DNA of 61,398 bases from an uncultured Anaerolineaceae bacterium. Its GTDB lineage: Bacteria > Chloroflexota > Anaerolineae > Anaerolineales > UBA4823. The position numbers and the translations under genes are program-made. The notes under the pieces are model-generated. The model did not search any database, was not told the DNA's origin, and worked only from the letters and a program-made list of their open reading frames with translations. This document shows, in pieces, positions 45,246 through 55,237 of the stretch. The stretch spans positions 1 through 61,398 of the forward strand of contig CAZGIX010000004.1 in NCBI GenBank assembly GCA_964525785.1, read 5' to 3'. The stretch's first letter is position 1. The number at the start of each line of letters is the position of its first letter.

Positions 45246-46995
45246 CGTTCCCCACCATTTTCATACGCTTCTTACCGCGCTTCTGTTTCTCCAACAGCTT
45301 CTTCTTCCGGGTAATATCCCCGCCGTAGCATTTCGCCAGCACATCTTTCCGCATAGCCTTGATATTAGCCCTCGAGATCACCCTGCCGGTCGCGAATGCC
45401 TGGATGGGTACCACGAAAAGCTGGCGCGGGATAACATCCTTGAGCTTGGAGATGATCGCCTGACCCTTATGGAACGCATCGTTACGATGGACGATCGTTG
45501 CCAGCGCGTCAACCGGCTCGCCGTTGACCAGGATTTCGAGCTTCACAAGGTCATCTGGGCGATACTCGGCAAACTGATAATCTAATGAAGCATAGCCACG
45601 TGTACGGGATTTCAGCTGGTCGAAGAAGTCTACGATCAGCTCCGAAAGAGGGATCTGGAAGCTGAGCTGCACCCGGTCGAGCGAGGGATACTCCTGCTCA
45701 GTAAAAATGCCGCGCCGCTTGGTTGCCAGGTCCATGACGGTGCCGTAGAACTCGGTCGGGGTGAAGATTTGGATATTCATCCAGGGCTCACGGATCTCTG
45801 CCAGCGTGGCTTCATCCGGAAGGGCAGCTGGAGAGTCGATGCGCACCGCACTGCCATCCCGCATGACAATTTCATATTCTACAGAGGGAGCCGTAACGAT
45901 AATATCCAGGTCATATTCACGCTCGAGACGCTCCTGGATGATCTCCATATGGAACATCCCCAGGAAACCGCAGCGGAAGCCGAAATTGAGCGCCTGCGAC
46001 GTCTCTGGTGCATAGACCAGCGAAGCATCATTCAACTGTAGCTTTTCCAGAGCTTCCTTTAAGTTAGCATAGTCCTCGCCTTCTACCGGGTATATACCCG
46101 CGAAGACCATTGGCTTGGGATGCCGGTATCCTGGCAGAGGCTCGTGGGAGGGTCGTGAGACCAGGGTGATCGTGTCGCCAACGCGGCACTCCCGAACGGT
46201 CTTCAGCCCGGTAGCCACATAGCCGACCTCCCCGGCTGAGAGGGTAGATGCAGGTCTCAGGTCAGGTGCGAAAATACCGATCTCGACCGGTTTAACCTCG
46301 GCGCCGCTTGCCATCAGCAGCAAGGTGTCGCTGGCGAGAATCCGCCCATCCACCAATCTAATATAAGCTACCACTCCCTTATAGGGGTCGTAGTGGGAAT
46401 CAAAGATGAGAGCGCGCGCCGGTGCGGTTTCATCTCCTTTGGGGGGCGGTACTTGCTGTACAACCGCCTCCAGGACCGACTTTACGTTCATCCCCACTTT
46501 GGCGGATATGCGCAGGATTTGATCCGCAGGAGTGCCGAGCAGGCTGCTGATATCTTCAGCTACCTTTTCCGGGTGGGCGGAAGGCAGATCGATCTTGTTG
46601 ATCACCGGGATGATCTCCAGATTAGCCTCCAGCGCCATATACAGATTTGCCAGGGTTTGTGCTTCGATCCCCTGAGAAGCGTCGACCACCAGCAGGGCGC
46701 CTTCACAAGCATCTAAGGCACGTGAGACTTCATAGCCGAAATCGACATGCCCAGGAGTATCGATCAGGTTCAATTCATATTCACAGCCGTCGTCAGCGGT
46801 ATACAGCATGCGCACTGCTGAGGCCTTGATGGTCACACCCTTTTCACGCTCGAGATCCATACTATCCAGGACCTGCTCGGTCATATCGCGATCCGAGATC
46901 GTACCAGTGAGCTGGAGCAGACGATCTGCAAGGGTCGATTTGCCGTGATCGATATGGGCGATAATACAAAAATTGCGGATGTGCTCAGTGCTCAT
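45193..46995 (-). CDS. lepA: Elongation factor 4 (LepA)
   Basis: [70 protein letters not shown]. Confidence 0.99.
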   Translation of the reverse strand: MSTEHIRNFCIIAHIDHGKSTLADRLLQLTGTISDRDMTEQVLDSMDLEREKGVTIKASAVRMLYTADDGCEYELNLIDTPGHVDFGYEVSRALDACEGALLVVDASQGIEAQTLANLYMALEANLEIIPVINKIDLPSAHPEKVAEDISSLLGTPADQILRISAKVGMNVKSVLEAVVQQVPPPKGDETAPARALIFDSHYDPYKGVVAYIRLVDGRILASDTLLLMASGAEVKPVEIGIFAPDLRPASTLSAGEVGYVATGLKTVRECRVGDTITLVSRPSHEPLPGYRHPKPMVFAGIYPVEGEDYANLKEALEKLQLNDASLVYAPETSQALNFGFRCGFLGMFHMEIIQERLEREYDLDIIVTAPSVEYEIVMRDGSAVRIDSPAALPDEATLAEIREPWMNIQIFTPTEFYGTVMDLATKRRGIFTEQEYPSLDRVQLSFQIPLSELIVDFFDQLKSRTRGYASLDYQFAEYRPDDLVKLEILVNGEPVDALATIVHRNDAFHKGQAIISKLKDVIPRQLFVVPIQAFATGRVISRANIKAMRKDVLAKCYGGDITRKKKLLEKQKRGKKRMKMVGNVEIPQEAFLAVLRYGEE

Positions 46996-47024
46996 AAGCG
47001 CCGTGAAGTATACTCGATTTTAAT

Positions 47025-47849
47025 CTAACTCGGCCCAGCCTCTATTGAACGCTCGAACAGCCTGCTCACCAGCGGCTCGAGCGACTGCGCACCCGTCCCG
47101 GGATAATCCAACCGTGCCAGGAACTCGACATTCCCCTTCGGACCCTGTAAAGGTGATTGAATAAGGCCGCGGACAGCATAGTGAATTTCTTGAGCAAAAC
47201 TCAGCACATCCAGCAGGACCTGCCGATGCACAGTGGGGTCACGGATTACACCTTGCCCGCGGGCAACCTGGGCGCGACCAGCCTCAAACTGGGGTTTAAT
47301 CAGAGCGACCACACTTCGGGCAGTTGTATCACTTTGTATAGAAACCGGTTTCAACCAGACCTGTACTACCGGGAGCAGCAGCTTCAGGGATATAAAAGAC
47401 GAATCGATCGTGACCAGGTCGACCGGCTCTGGCAGGCGATCCAGAAACCGGGCATTGGTTCGCTCCATCACAACCACGCGTGGATCCTGACGCAGCCTCC
47501 AGTGTAGGATACCTTTTCCCACGTCGATCGCATACACCCTGGCAGCGCCTTGTTGGAGCAGACAGTCGGTAAAGCCACCTGTGGACGCGCCGACATCAGC
47601 ACAGATACATTTGCCGGCCTCGATCCCAAAAGCCAGCAGAGCGGCTTCCAGCTTCTCACCGCCTCGGGATACGTAACGAGGCCCTTGATCGATCTCGACC
47701 GTGACGTCCGGGGAGAACCAAGCAGATGGTCTGGTAACCACTTCGCCCCCGATCCTTACCTGACCCGCCATCACCAGCCGTTGGGCCAGGTTGCGGCTCT
47801 CTGCCAAACCACGCTCCACCAACAGCACGTCAAGTCGGACTTTCGGCAT
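47025..47849 (-). CDS. tlyA: TlyA family rRNA 2'-O-methyltransferase
   Basis: S4-like RLDVLLVERGL, YVSRGGEKL, DVGASTGGFTD, DSSFISL, LIKPQFE, GPKGNVEF. Confidence 0.95.
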   Translation of the reverse strand: MPKVRLDVLLVERGLAESRNLAQRLVMAGQVRIGGEVVTRPSAWFSPDVTVEIDQGPRYVSRGGEKLEAALLAFGIEAGKCICADVGASTGGFTDCLLQQGAARVYAIDVGKGILHWRLRQDPRVVVMERTNARFLDRLPEPVDLVTIDSSFISLKLLLPVVQVWLKPVSIQSDTTARSVVALIKPQFEAGRAQVARGQGVIRDPTVHRQVLLDVLSFAQEIHYAVRGLIQSPLQGPKGNVEFLARLDYPGTGAQSLEPLVSRLFERSIEAGPS

Positions 47850-48011
47850 AGGTTTATTGTATCATCCACAAGCTCGATCATTAGCCGGGGATGAAGAAAC
47901 CCCAAAGCGCACGCCAATTGTACCGGGGACGTGTATAATTGGCGTGCTCATTTGTAAACCACTGCCCGAATCGTCATTTCCTGATCCGGCGCCGACTTTC
48001 AAGGAGTTAGG

Positions 48012-49391
48012 ATGACCGACCCACGCACTACCGCTCTGCGTTACGCTTACGATAACAATCAAAAACTGCTCGATGAGCTGATCGATTTTCTGCGTATACC
48101 CTCTATTTCCACTGCTCCGGAGAACAAAGGCGATGTGCGCCGAGCAGCCGAATGGATAGCTGCCAAACTGGAATCGATCGGCATGTCTGGAGTGGAAATC
48201 CACTCGACCGCAGGTCACCCGGTGGTATGCGCCGAGTCGAATACTGCTGGGCCGGACGCGCCTAAAGTGTTAGTGTATGGGCACTATGATGTGCAGCCTG
48301 CAGAACCCCTGGAGCTGTGGCGCAGCGGGGCATTCGAACCTGCTGTGCGCGGGGAGAACCTGTATGCGCGCGGCGCCAGCGATATGAAGGGCCAGATCAT
48401 TGCAGTCGTCGGCGCCCTGGAAGCTATCGTACGGACTGGAAACCTGCCCGTTAACTTAAGATTCCTGCTCGAAGGCGAAGAGGAGATCGGCTCACCGAAC
48501 CTATCAGCGTTTATCAGCCTTCACAAAGATTTCCTCGCCAGTGATTTTGCGCTGAACGTGGATACGGGAATCCTGGCAGCTGACCAGCCGAGCATTACTT
48601 ACGCACTGCGCGGGCTGGTTTATTTCGAGATTCGCATCACTGGCCCCGACCACGACCTGCACTCCGGTCTGTACGGTGGCATCGTCCACAACCCGGCTCA
48701 GGTGCTGAGTGAGCTGATCGCCGGGATGCACGACGAGCAGGGGAGGATCACCCTGCCTGGTTTTTACAATAAAGTCCGCCCACTGGATGATGAGGAGCGC
48801 GCAGAGCTGGCCCGCCTGCCGCTGACTGAAGCGACCTATAAAGGATTGACCGGCGTCCCGGCTCTTTGGGATGGAGAAAGCGGCTATACCGCGATCGAGA
48901 GACTTGGCGCCCGGCCCACTCTGGAAGTGAACGGTCTGCTCTCCGGGTACACCGGGGAGGGCTCAAAGACAGTCCTGCCTGGTAAAGCTATGGCAAAGAT
49001 CTCGTGTCGTCTGGTGCCTGACCAGGACCCAAACGAAGTCGAACAACAGCTCCGGCAGTATATCAAGACCCATGCCCCTGAAACGGTGACTTACGAGCTG
49101 ATCAATCATGCTGGCGGGCGGGCTTCGATCTCTGACCGGCATTCAACCAGTGTGGAGGCTATGTTTAAGGCATTGGAGACGGTATGGGACAAACGTCCTG
49201 TATTCCGCCGTGAGGGCGGGAGCGTGCCAGTGGTAGGCGATTTCCAGGAGCTCCTGGGCATCGAAACGGTGAACACCGGTTTCGGTCTCCCCGACGATAA
49301 TTATCACAGCCCCAATGAAAAGCTGCACCTGCCCACCTGGCGGCGTGGGACTGACACTTGCATTCATTTCTTCTTTAACCTGAGACCCTGA
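48012..49391 (+). CDS. M20 family dipeptidase
   Basis: YGHYDVQP, ARGASDMKG, EGEEE, DLHSG, HSPNE. AAGGAG RBS. Confidence 0.93.
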   Translation: MTDPRTTALRYAYDNNQKLLDELIDFLRIPSISTAPENKGDVRRAAEWIAAKLESIGMSGVEIHSTAGHPVVCAESNTAGPDAPKVLVYGHYDVQPAEPLELWRSGAFEPAVRGENLYARGASDMKGQIIAVVGALEAIVRTGNLPVNLRFLLEGEEEIGSPNLSAFISLHKDFLASDFALNVDTGILAADQPSITYALRGLVYFEIRITGPDHDLHSGLYGGIVHNPAQVLSELIAGMHDEQGRITLPGFYNKVRPLDDEERAELARLPLTEATYKGLTGVPALWDGESGYTAIERLGARPTLEVNGLLSGYTGEGSKTVLPGKAMAKISCRLVPDQDPNEVEQQLRQYIKTHAPETVTYELINHAGGRASISDRHSTSVEAMFKALETVWDKRPVFRREGGSVPVVGDFQELLGIETVNTGFGLPDDNYHSPNEKLHLPTWRRGTDTCIHFFFNLRP

Positions 49392-50275
49392 TGAGCGATC
49401 TTAAATTACCTACTTATGGTGGCCAGGCCGTTATAGAGGGTGTGATGATGCGCGGCAAAAGCACTGTAGCGATTGCCATGCGCGCCCCCAATCAGGAGAT
49501 CGTGCTGCACACAGAACCTCTGGGCGGCATATACAAGAGCAAACTAACCAAAATCCCTTTTCTACGCGGGCTTGTTATGTTGTGGGATGCCCTCGGTCTG
49601 GGCATGCGTGCCTTGACCATCTCTGCCAACACACAAACCGAAGAAGACGCCAAGCTTGAAGGCCCGGCATTGTATCTAACCCTTGGGGTATCGCTGGCAT
49701 TCGGCATCGGTTTGTTCTTCCTGGCACCCGCAGTAGGCGGGCAGCTGATCGAGCGCGCCCTGAATGTGAATGCCTGGTGGGGGAACGTAGTGGAGGGATT
49801 GATCCGCCTGGTTATCCTGGTAGGTTATATCTGGGCGGTAGGACGTATCCCAGATATTCGGCGGGTATTCGCCTATCATGGCGCCGAGCATAAAACGATC
49901 AACGCCTTCGAAGCGGGTGCGGATCTCACTCCCGAAAGCGTGGCGCGCTTCTCCCTTGAACATCCGCGCTGTGGCACAGCATTTCTACTCACCCTGGTGC
50001 TGCTTTCGATCATCGTCTTCTCGCTGCTCGGACCGCTGCCGATGTTCTGGCGTCTGGCCAGCAGGCTGCTCATGCTGCCTATCCTGGCTGGCGTGGCTTA
50101 TGAATATATCCGCTGGACGGCCAATCATCTCGACTCTGCCCTAGTGCGCTGGCTGGTTAAACCAAACCTGGCGCTGCAGAACCTCACCACCCGTGAACCC
50201 AGTCTGGATATGCTGGAGGTGTCGATTGCGGCTTTTAATGCCATGCGCGCCAGGGAACAGCAGATCCAACTCTAG
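49391..50275 (+). CDS. DUF1385 domain protein (putative metal-binding membrane enzyme)
   Basis: YGGQAVIEGVMMRG, YHGAEHKTI, HPRCGTAF, TTREP. TGATG coupling with the M20 gene. Confidence 0.9.
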   Translation: MSDLKLPTYGGQAVIEGVMMRGKSTVAIAMRAPNQEIVLHTEPLGGIYKSKLTKIPFLRGLVMLWDALGLGMRALTISANTQTEEDAKLEGPALYLTLGVSLAFGIGLFFLAPAVGGQLIERALNVNAWWGNVVEGLIRLVILVGYIWAVGRIPDIRRVFAYHGAEHKTINAFEAGADLTPESVARFSLEHPRCGTAFLLTLVLLSIIVFSLLGPLPMFWRLASRLLMLPILAGVAYEYIRWTANHLDSALVRWLVKPNLALQNLTTREPSLDMLEVSIAAFNAMRAREQQIQL

Positions 50276-51674
50276 ATTTACCTGTCACCGTCTCAGTAAA
50301 TGGATCATCCTTGCCGCTCTGGCGCTGATAGCCGCGGCATGTATGCCTCCCAGTGGCGAGCTGCCGACGACTACGATATCTCCCACCCCCGCGGCAACGC
50401 TCACCCCTGTCCCGCTGCCTGATCTGGTTATAGATTCCTTGGCGTTTGAGCCCGAGACGCCGACCATATGCTACGATGCTACCGACCTGGGTACCCTGGT
50501 GACGATTATCAACAACGGCAGTGCCGATGCCGGATCTTTCATTGTTGGTCTCAACAGCGCTCAGGTCAGCGTTGAAGATGGGCTGGCAGCAGGCGAAACG
50601 CTCCCCATCTGGTTCAATACATATGCTCAGGAGAATATCGCCACCGTTGATCTCACTTCCCAGATCGAAGAAACCGACGAAGGCAACAACCAATCGACCC
50701 TGACATTCAATATGCCCACACTTTCAGCAGCCTGCGAGCCGACTCAGGAAACTCCCGCCCTCCACGTAAAAGCGCAGGCTGTGCTCACTGGACATACCGG
50801 GAAGGTCTGGGCTGTAGATTTCTCTCCTGATGGGCGCTTGTTGGTCTCTGGCTCGGTCGATAATACCCTTCGCCTGTGGCAGGTGCAAAATGTGTCTCTG
50901 CTGCGCACCATGCTCGGACACCCCTTTCCGGTGCTTACACTGGAAGTGTCTCCCAATAATCAATTGATCGCCACCGGCTCCGATGATGGGCTGGTGCGGA
51001 TATGGCGTATCTCCAACGGCAGCCTGGTGCATACCCTGACCGGTCACGGCGGGTGGATAAACAGCCTGACTTTCTCGCCGGATGGAACCAGCCTGGCAAC
51101 GGCGTCAGACGATTACACGGTACGGATCTGGCGCGTCCTGGACGGCAGGTCGCTGCAGGTAATTGACGAAGGCATGTCGCGCGTTCTAGACATCGCCTAT
51201 TCCCCCACAGGGCAATCGCTGGCATGGTCCGAATCCGATGGGCACGTGCGCGTCTGGCAGCTCTCGGACCGCAGATGGCTGGCAACCCTTGACCCAACCG
51301 AGCAGCCTGCCACCAGTGTAGCGTTCTCGCCCGACAGCCAGTACCTGGCCGCGGGATATGGGGATGGCTATATACGCATCTGGCTACCTGGGGATTGGAG
51401 TCTGGCGAAAACGCTGCAGTACGGGTTGGAGCCGGTCAACGCCATCTCCTTCTCTCCAGATGGAAGGTGGCTGGCTGCTGCTAGCAAAGATGGACAGGTT
51501 GTGATCTGGCAGATGCTGCCGGTTGGTGAAAACGTTGCTCAAGACAGCCCTGCGCTGATCCTTGATGGTCACACTGGTCCGGTGAACTGCGTAACCTTCT
51601 CACCGAATGGGACACTGGTAGCCAGCGCTTCGGATGACCAGACCATCCGCCTGTGGACCCTGCCAGAGCAGTAA
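50238..51674 (+). CDS. Putative lipoprotein with CARDB (Ig-like) domain and WD40 beta-propeller (start uncertain)
   Basis: WIILAALALIAAAC lipobox, Pro/Thr linker, PDLVI...N.G...AGSF.V...VD....E..E.NN (CARDB), about 7 GH...FSPDG...S.S.D..R.W repeats. Confidence 0.82.
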   Translation: MPCAPGNSRSNSRFTCHRLSKWIILAALALIAAACMPPSGELPTTTISPTPAATLTPVPLPDLVIDSLAFEPETPTICYDATDLGTLVTIINNGSADAGSFIVGLNSAQVSVEDGLAAGETLPIWFNTYAQENIATVDLTSQIEETDEGNNQSTLTFNMPTLSAACEPTQETPALHVKAQAVLTGHTGKVWAVDFSPDGRLLVSGSVDNTLRLWQVQNVSLLRTMLGHPFPVLTLEVSPNNQLIATGSDDGLVRIWRISNGSLVHTLTGHGGWINSLTFSPDGTSLATASDDYTVRIWRVLDGRSLQVIDEGMSRVLDIAYSPTGQSLAWSESDGHVRVWQLSDRRWLATLDPTEQPATSVAFSPDSQYLAAGYGDGYIRIWLPGDWSLAKTLQYGLEPVNAISFSPDGRWLAAASKDGQVVIWQMLPVGENVAQDSPALILDGHTGPVNCVTFSPNGTLVASASDDQTIRLWTLPEQ

Positions 51675-51677
51675 GCC

Positions 51678-52556
51678 ATGAGACGCAACTGGATTCTGGG
51701 GGGATTATTCGCCAGCGTGGCCTGCGTGCTGGTAGCCATCCTGACAGGCGCAGCAGCCTGGGGATGGGCTTTTATCCGTTCTCAGCCCAACCCCACGGAC
51801 CAGACCCTCTATCAGGGCGTGACTTACCAGCGCATCGTTCGCCAATCGCCGCGCCTGATGATGATCCACATCATCACCATTGACCTGCAAGCTGAAGGCA
51901 TCCGCTTCCTGGTCACTCCCGGCAATCCCAAAGAGGAGCTTCCCCTGGAGGCAAGCACAACTTCTCAATTCCTGGAGGAGAACAACCTGCAGATCGCTAT
52001 CAACGGCGACGGGTTTGGGCCCTGGTATTCCCACAGTATTTTCAATTACTACCCTCACAGGGGTGACCCGGTGGCCCCCATCGGCCTGGCAGCTTCGGAG
52101 GGCACAATCTACTCATACCAGACTGATAACGAACCTGTGCTGTACATCGCCCGCACCAACCGGGCGCGCTTTAACACACCGATCGGTAAAGTCCACAATG
52201 CCATTTCCGGGAATATAATGCTGGTCCAGCAGGGCCAGGTGCAGGCATTCCCAGACGATGATCGCCAGCCGCGCACAGCAGTCGCCCTGGATAAAGCCGC
52301 CAAACGCATGATCCTGGTGGTAGTGGATGGGCGCCAGCCAAACTACAGCGAGGGAGCCACTCTGACAGAGCTGGCTCAGATCATCATCGAACAGGGTGGC
52401 TATTTCGGCATGAACCTGGATGGTGGAGGGTCATCTACCCTGGTGAAACAGGGCAGCTTCGGCAGGGGAGACGTGCTGAATTCGCCCGTTGACCGGGGTG
52501 TACCGGGCTGGCAAAGACCGGTAGGCAACCACCTGGGCATCTACGCTAAACCGTGA
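51678..52556 (+). CDS. Phosphodiester glycosidase family protein (NAGPA-like), N-terminally anchored
   Basis: AINGDGF, PRTAVAL, VVVDGRQ, MNLDGGGSS, R.VGN. Confidence 0.88.
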   Translation: MRRNWILGGLFASVACVLVAILTGAAAWGWAFIRSQPNPTDQTLYQGVTYQRIVRQSPRLMMIHIITIDLQAEGIRFLVTPGNPKEELPLEASTTSQFLEENNLQIAINGDGFGPWYSHSIFNYYPHRGDPVAPIGLAASEGTIYSYQTDNEPVLYIARTNRARFNTPIGKVHNAISGNIMLVQQGQVQAFPDDDRQPRTAVALDKAAKRMILVVVDGRQPNYSEGATLTELAQIIIEQGGYFGMNLDGGGSSTLVKQGSFGRGDVLNSPVDRGVPGWQRPVGNHLGIYAKP

Positions 52557-52563
52557 AAAGAGT

Positions 52564-52983
52564 TTATTCCCCCATTACCTGCACCACCAGTTCCCTGCGC
52601 CTGGGACGGTTATCAAAATCCACATAGATCACCTGCTGCCACGTTCCCAGGGTAAGGTCGCAGTTGACGAACGGAACGCTGAGCGAGGCGCCCAAAAGTG
52701 CCGCGCGTACGTGGCTGTGACCGTTGCCATCCCCCCAGCGGGCATTATGGGAGTAATGTTTTTCCGGCGGAATAATTTCATCGAACAGGCGCTTTAGATC
52801 GCCCAAGGCGCCTGACTCATACTCAATGGTCGTAAGCCCGCTGGTGGATGACGGACAGAAGACGGTAACTACCCCACTTTTCAAGCCGGATTGGCGGACA
52901 CAACGGGCGACATCGTCTGTAATATCGACCATATCCGCACCGCCGCGGGTGCTCAATTGCAGGGCATGCGTGACAACAGCCAT
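52564..52983 (-). CDS. yjbQ: YjbQ (UPF0047) family protein
   Basis: NGHSHVRAALLG, LGTWQQVIYVDFD...R. Start ATG 52983 with AGGAGG. Confidence 0.9.
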   Translation of the reverse strand: MAVVTHALQLSTRGGADMVDITDDVARCVRQSGLKSGVVTVFCPSSTSGLTTIEYESGALGDLKRLFDEIIPPEKHYSHNARWGDGNGHSHVRAALLGASLSVPFVNCDLTLGTWQQVIYVDFDNRPRRRELVVQVMGE

Positions 52984-53246
52984 TAAGCCTCCTGAGTGGT
53001 GATAAGTTCCAAATCCCTGATTCCACACCTGAACGTATCGAGATGGTGTTTATATAAATAACGTAGAACCCGGAAATTATAGCATTGCACGCGCAGCGAA
53101 CGAGTATATACTATAGAAGTTAAGCAGTTCCGTCAAATTCACCAACTGCGCAAGTTCTCTACAAAACCAAAGAAACAGCCAGTTGGAAATACGGTTGGTA
53201 GGCAAATACGCCGGGCAAATAAACGCATGTAGAAAGGACGACATTC

Positions 53247-55226
53247 GTGAAAATCCTGACCATCTCCGCTGAACAGCGCCGCTTGCTGGTCTATTTCATC
53301 TTGTTTTTTTCCTTCATCCAATTGATCACCGAGTTCGTCGCCGGCATCTATGCCTTCGGTCTATTGGGGACCGGCATCCCGGCTGAGATCATCAGTATAT
53401 TGTTGTTTTTCTCGCCAATCCTGCTGCTCGTGTTCGGGAGAGGGTTTGCTGCCAGGCTCCCATTATTTGCTGGAATATTGGTACTGCTTTGCCGGGCCAT
53501 CGAAGTATTCTTGGATACGCGCGGCCGTATGCTGGTATCGGGCTTGGGGGTGGCGGCTTTTCTGCTCCTGTTGCCTGCCCTCATCTGGGAGCTGGGAAAA
53601 CACAAAGACCGCAATGGTGGTATACAGCTCGGGTCGGGTTTAGCAATCGGTCTTTTATTGGCTATCCTGGACCGCGCATTGAATTCCGGTACTGACCTCA
53701 CCGCTGGGGGATGGGCCAGATTCGTCGGGGTCATCCTGGCGCTGCTGGCAGGTGCCATGCTGCCAGGTATGTTGCAAGAAATCCAGACAGCCAGGGAGGT
53801 TCCCCAACCAAACATCCGGGTCTCATTTGTCCGCATTGCCGGTCACTGTCTGGGCATCGGCGCCGCATGGATCCTGTTATATTTTACTTTCGCCAGCCCA
53901 AATGTTATTGCCCGCTGGAGCGAGGTGAATTACCTGTCCGTCCTGGCGACCATCGCCCTGGGGACAATTTGCTTTGTCCTGATAATCGTAACCAAGGGCG
54001 GATTGCAATGGATCACAGATCGCAGGATTGTGATTGCCTGGAACTCGCTCTTCATCCTTGCCATGCTGCTGGCGATTCTCCCCCACCAGCTGCGCTTCCC
54101 AGTCGATGCAGCTGGCTACCCACTCTACGAGCCTGCTTCCAATCCGGCCGCGTATCTAACTTTATACCTGATGCTATTCTTGTATCCAGTGATCCTGGTA
54201 GATTTCATGCTCTACACCCAGGCATTGGTAGATCTGCAGCCGCCAGCGCGCTCCTTGGGAGGTGGATTTCTGCTCGGCTCGTTCTTCATCCTCTTATTGG
54301 TTCTTTCCCATGTATTCACCACTGTTTACGATTACATTCCGGTGGTCGGCCCATTCTTTCGCGACAAATTCTGGCTGGTGTACCTGGTCGCCGGCATCAT
54401 GTTGTTCCTGCCGCTGCTGTTTAAACGCAGGGAAATGCGCCTCCCTGTCGCTATCAACAGCAGCCTCCGGTATACCCTCGCCAGTGCCAGTCTCCTGACC
54501 GTGCTGGCCGCCGCTCTGATATCTGCGAAACCCTCACCCGCCAGCACAGACGTAAATTCGCTGCGCGTCTTGACGTACAATATCCAACAAGGTTACAGCG
54601 AAAGTGGGGAGCGCAATTTCGATGGCCAGCTCGATCTTATCCGCAGCCTGGATGCTGATATCATCGGGCTGCAGGAATCAGACACCAACCGCATTGCCGG
54701 GGGCAACAACGATGTGGTGCGCTACTTTTCCGACAGGCTTGGCATGTATTCGTACTACGGTCCAAAGACTGTATCAGGTACTTTCGGCATCGCCCTTTTA
54801 TCGAAATACCCGATCATGCAGCCACAAACCTTCTTCATGTTCAGTGAAGGCGAACAGACCGCCACGATCCACGCTCAGGTCATTGTGGGTAGTAAAACCA
54901 ACAACCTGTTTATCACCCACCTGGGAAACGGCGGACCCATTGTCCAGCAGGAAGCGTTCTTAGAAGAGGTGGACAACCTGGAGAATGTGATCGCAATGGG
55001 AGATTTCAACTTCGAGCCAGATACAGAGCAGTACCACCTGACTCGCAGCCTGTTGGAGGATGCCTGGCTGATCAAGTGGCCCGATGGCATAGACGACCAG
55101 GGTTACAACCCTGTGGAGCGCATCGACCACGTATTTGTCACGCCCGGGACGCGCGTCAGTGAGGCGCGTTTCCTAACCGGACCCGAGTCGGACCACCCGG
55201 CGCTGTTTGTTGAGATTACCTGGTAA
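53247..55226 (+). CDS. Polytopic membrane protein with C-terminal endonuclease/exonuclease/phosphatase domain (Cwh43/PGAP2IP-like)
   Basis: Many TM helices, then TYNIQQG, DIIGLQE, GIALLSKYP, MGDFN, RIDHVF and SDH EEP motifs. GTG start with AAGGA RBS. Confidence 0.85.
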   Translation: MKILTISAEQRRLLVYFILFFSFIQLITEFVAGIYAFGLLGTGIPAEIISILLFFSPILLLVFGRGFAARLPLFAGILVLLCRAIEVFLDTRGRMLVSGLGVAAFLLLLPALIWELGKHKDRNGGIQLGSGLAIGLLLAILDRALNSGTDLTAGGWARFVGVILALLAGAMLPGMLQEIQTAREVPQPNIRVSFVRIAGHCLGIGAAWILLYFTFASPNVIARWSEVNYLSVLATIALGTICFVLIIVTKGGLQWITDRRIVIAWNSLFILAMLLAILPHQLRFPVDAAGYPLYEPASNPAAYLTLYLMLFLYPVILVDFMLYTQALVDLQPPARSLGGGFLLGSFFILLLVLSHVFTTVYDYIPVVGPFFRDKFWLVYLVAGIMLFLPLLFKRREMRLPVAINSSLRYTLASASLLTVLAAALISAKPSPASTDVNSLRVLTYNIQQGYSESGERNFDGQLDLIRSLDADIIGLQESDTNRIAGGNNDVVRYFSDRLGMYSYYGPKTVSGTFGIALLSKYPIMQPQTFFMFSEGEQTATIHAQVIVGSKTNNLFITHLGNGGPIVQQEAFLEEVDNLENVIAMGDFNFEPDTEQYHLTRSLLEDAWLIKWPDGIDDQGYNPVERIDHVFVTPGTRVSEARFLTGPESDHPALFVEITW

Positions 55227-55237
55227 ACTGGTCTGGT

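Noticed and set aside
50750-51660. DNA-level tandem repeat in the WD40 gene
   Set aside because: The periodicity is explained by protein repeats; nucleotide copies are diverged.
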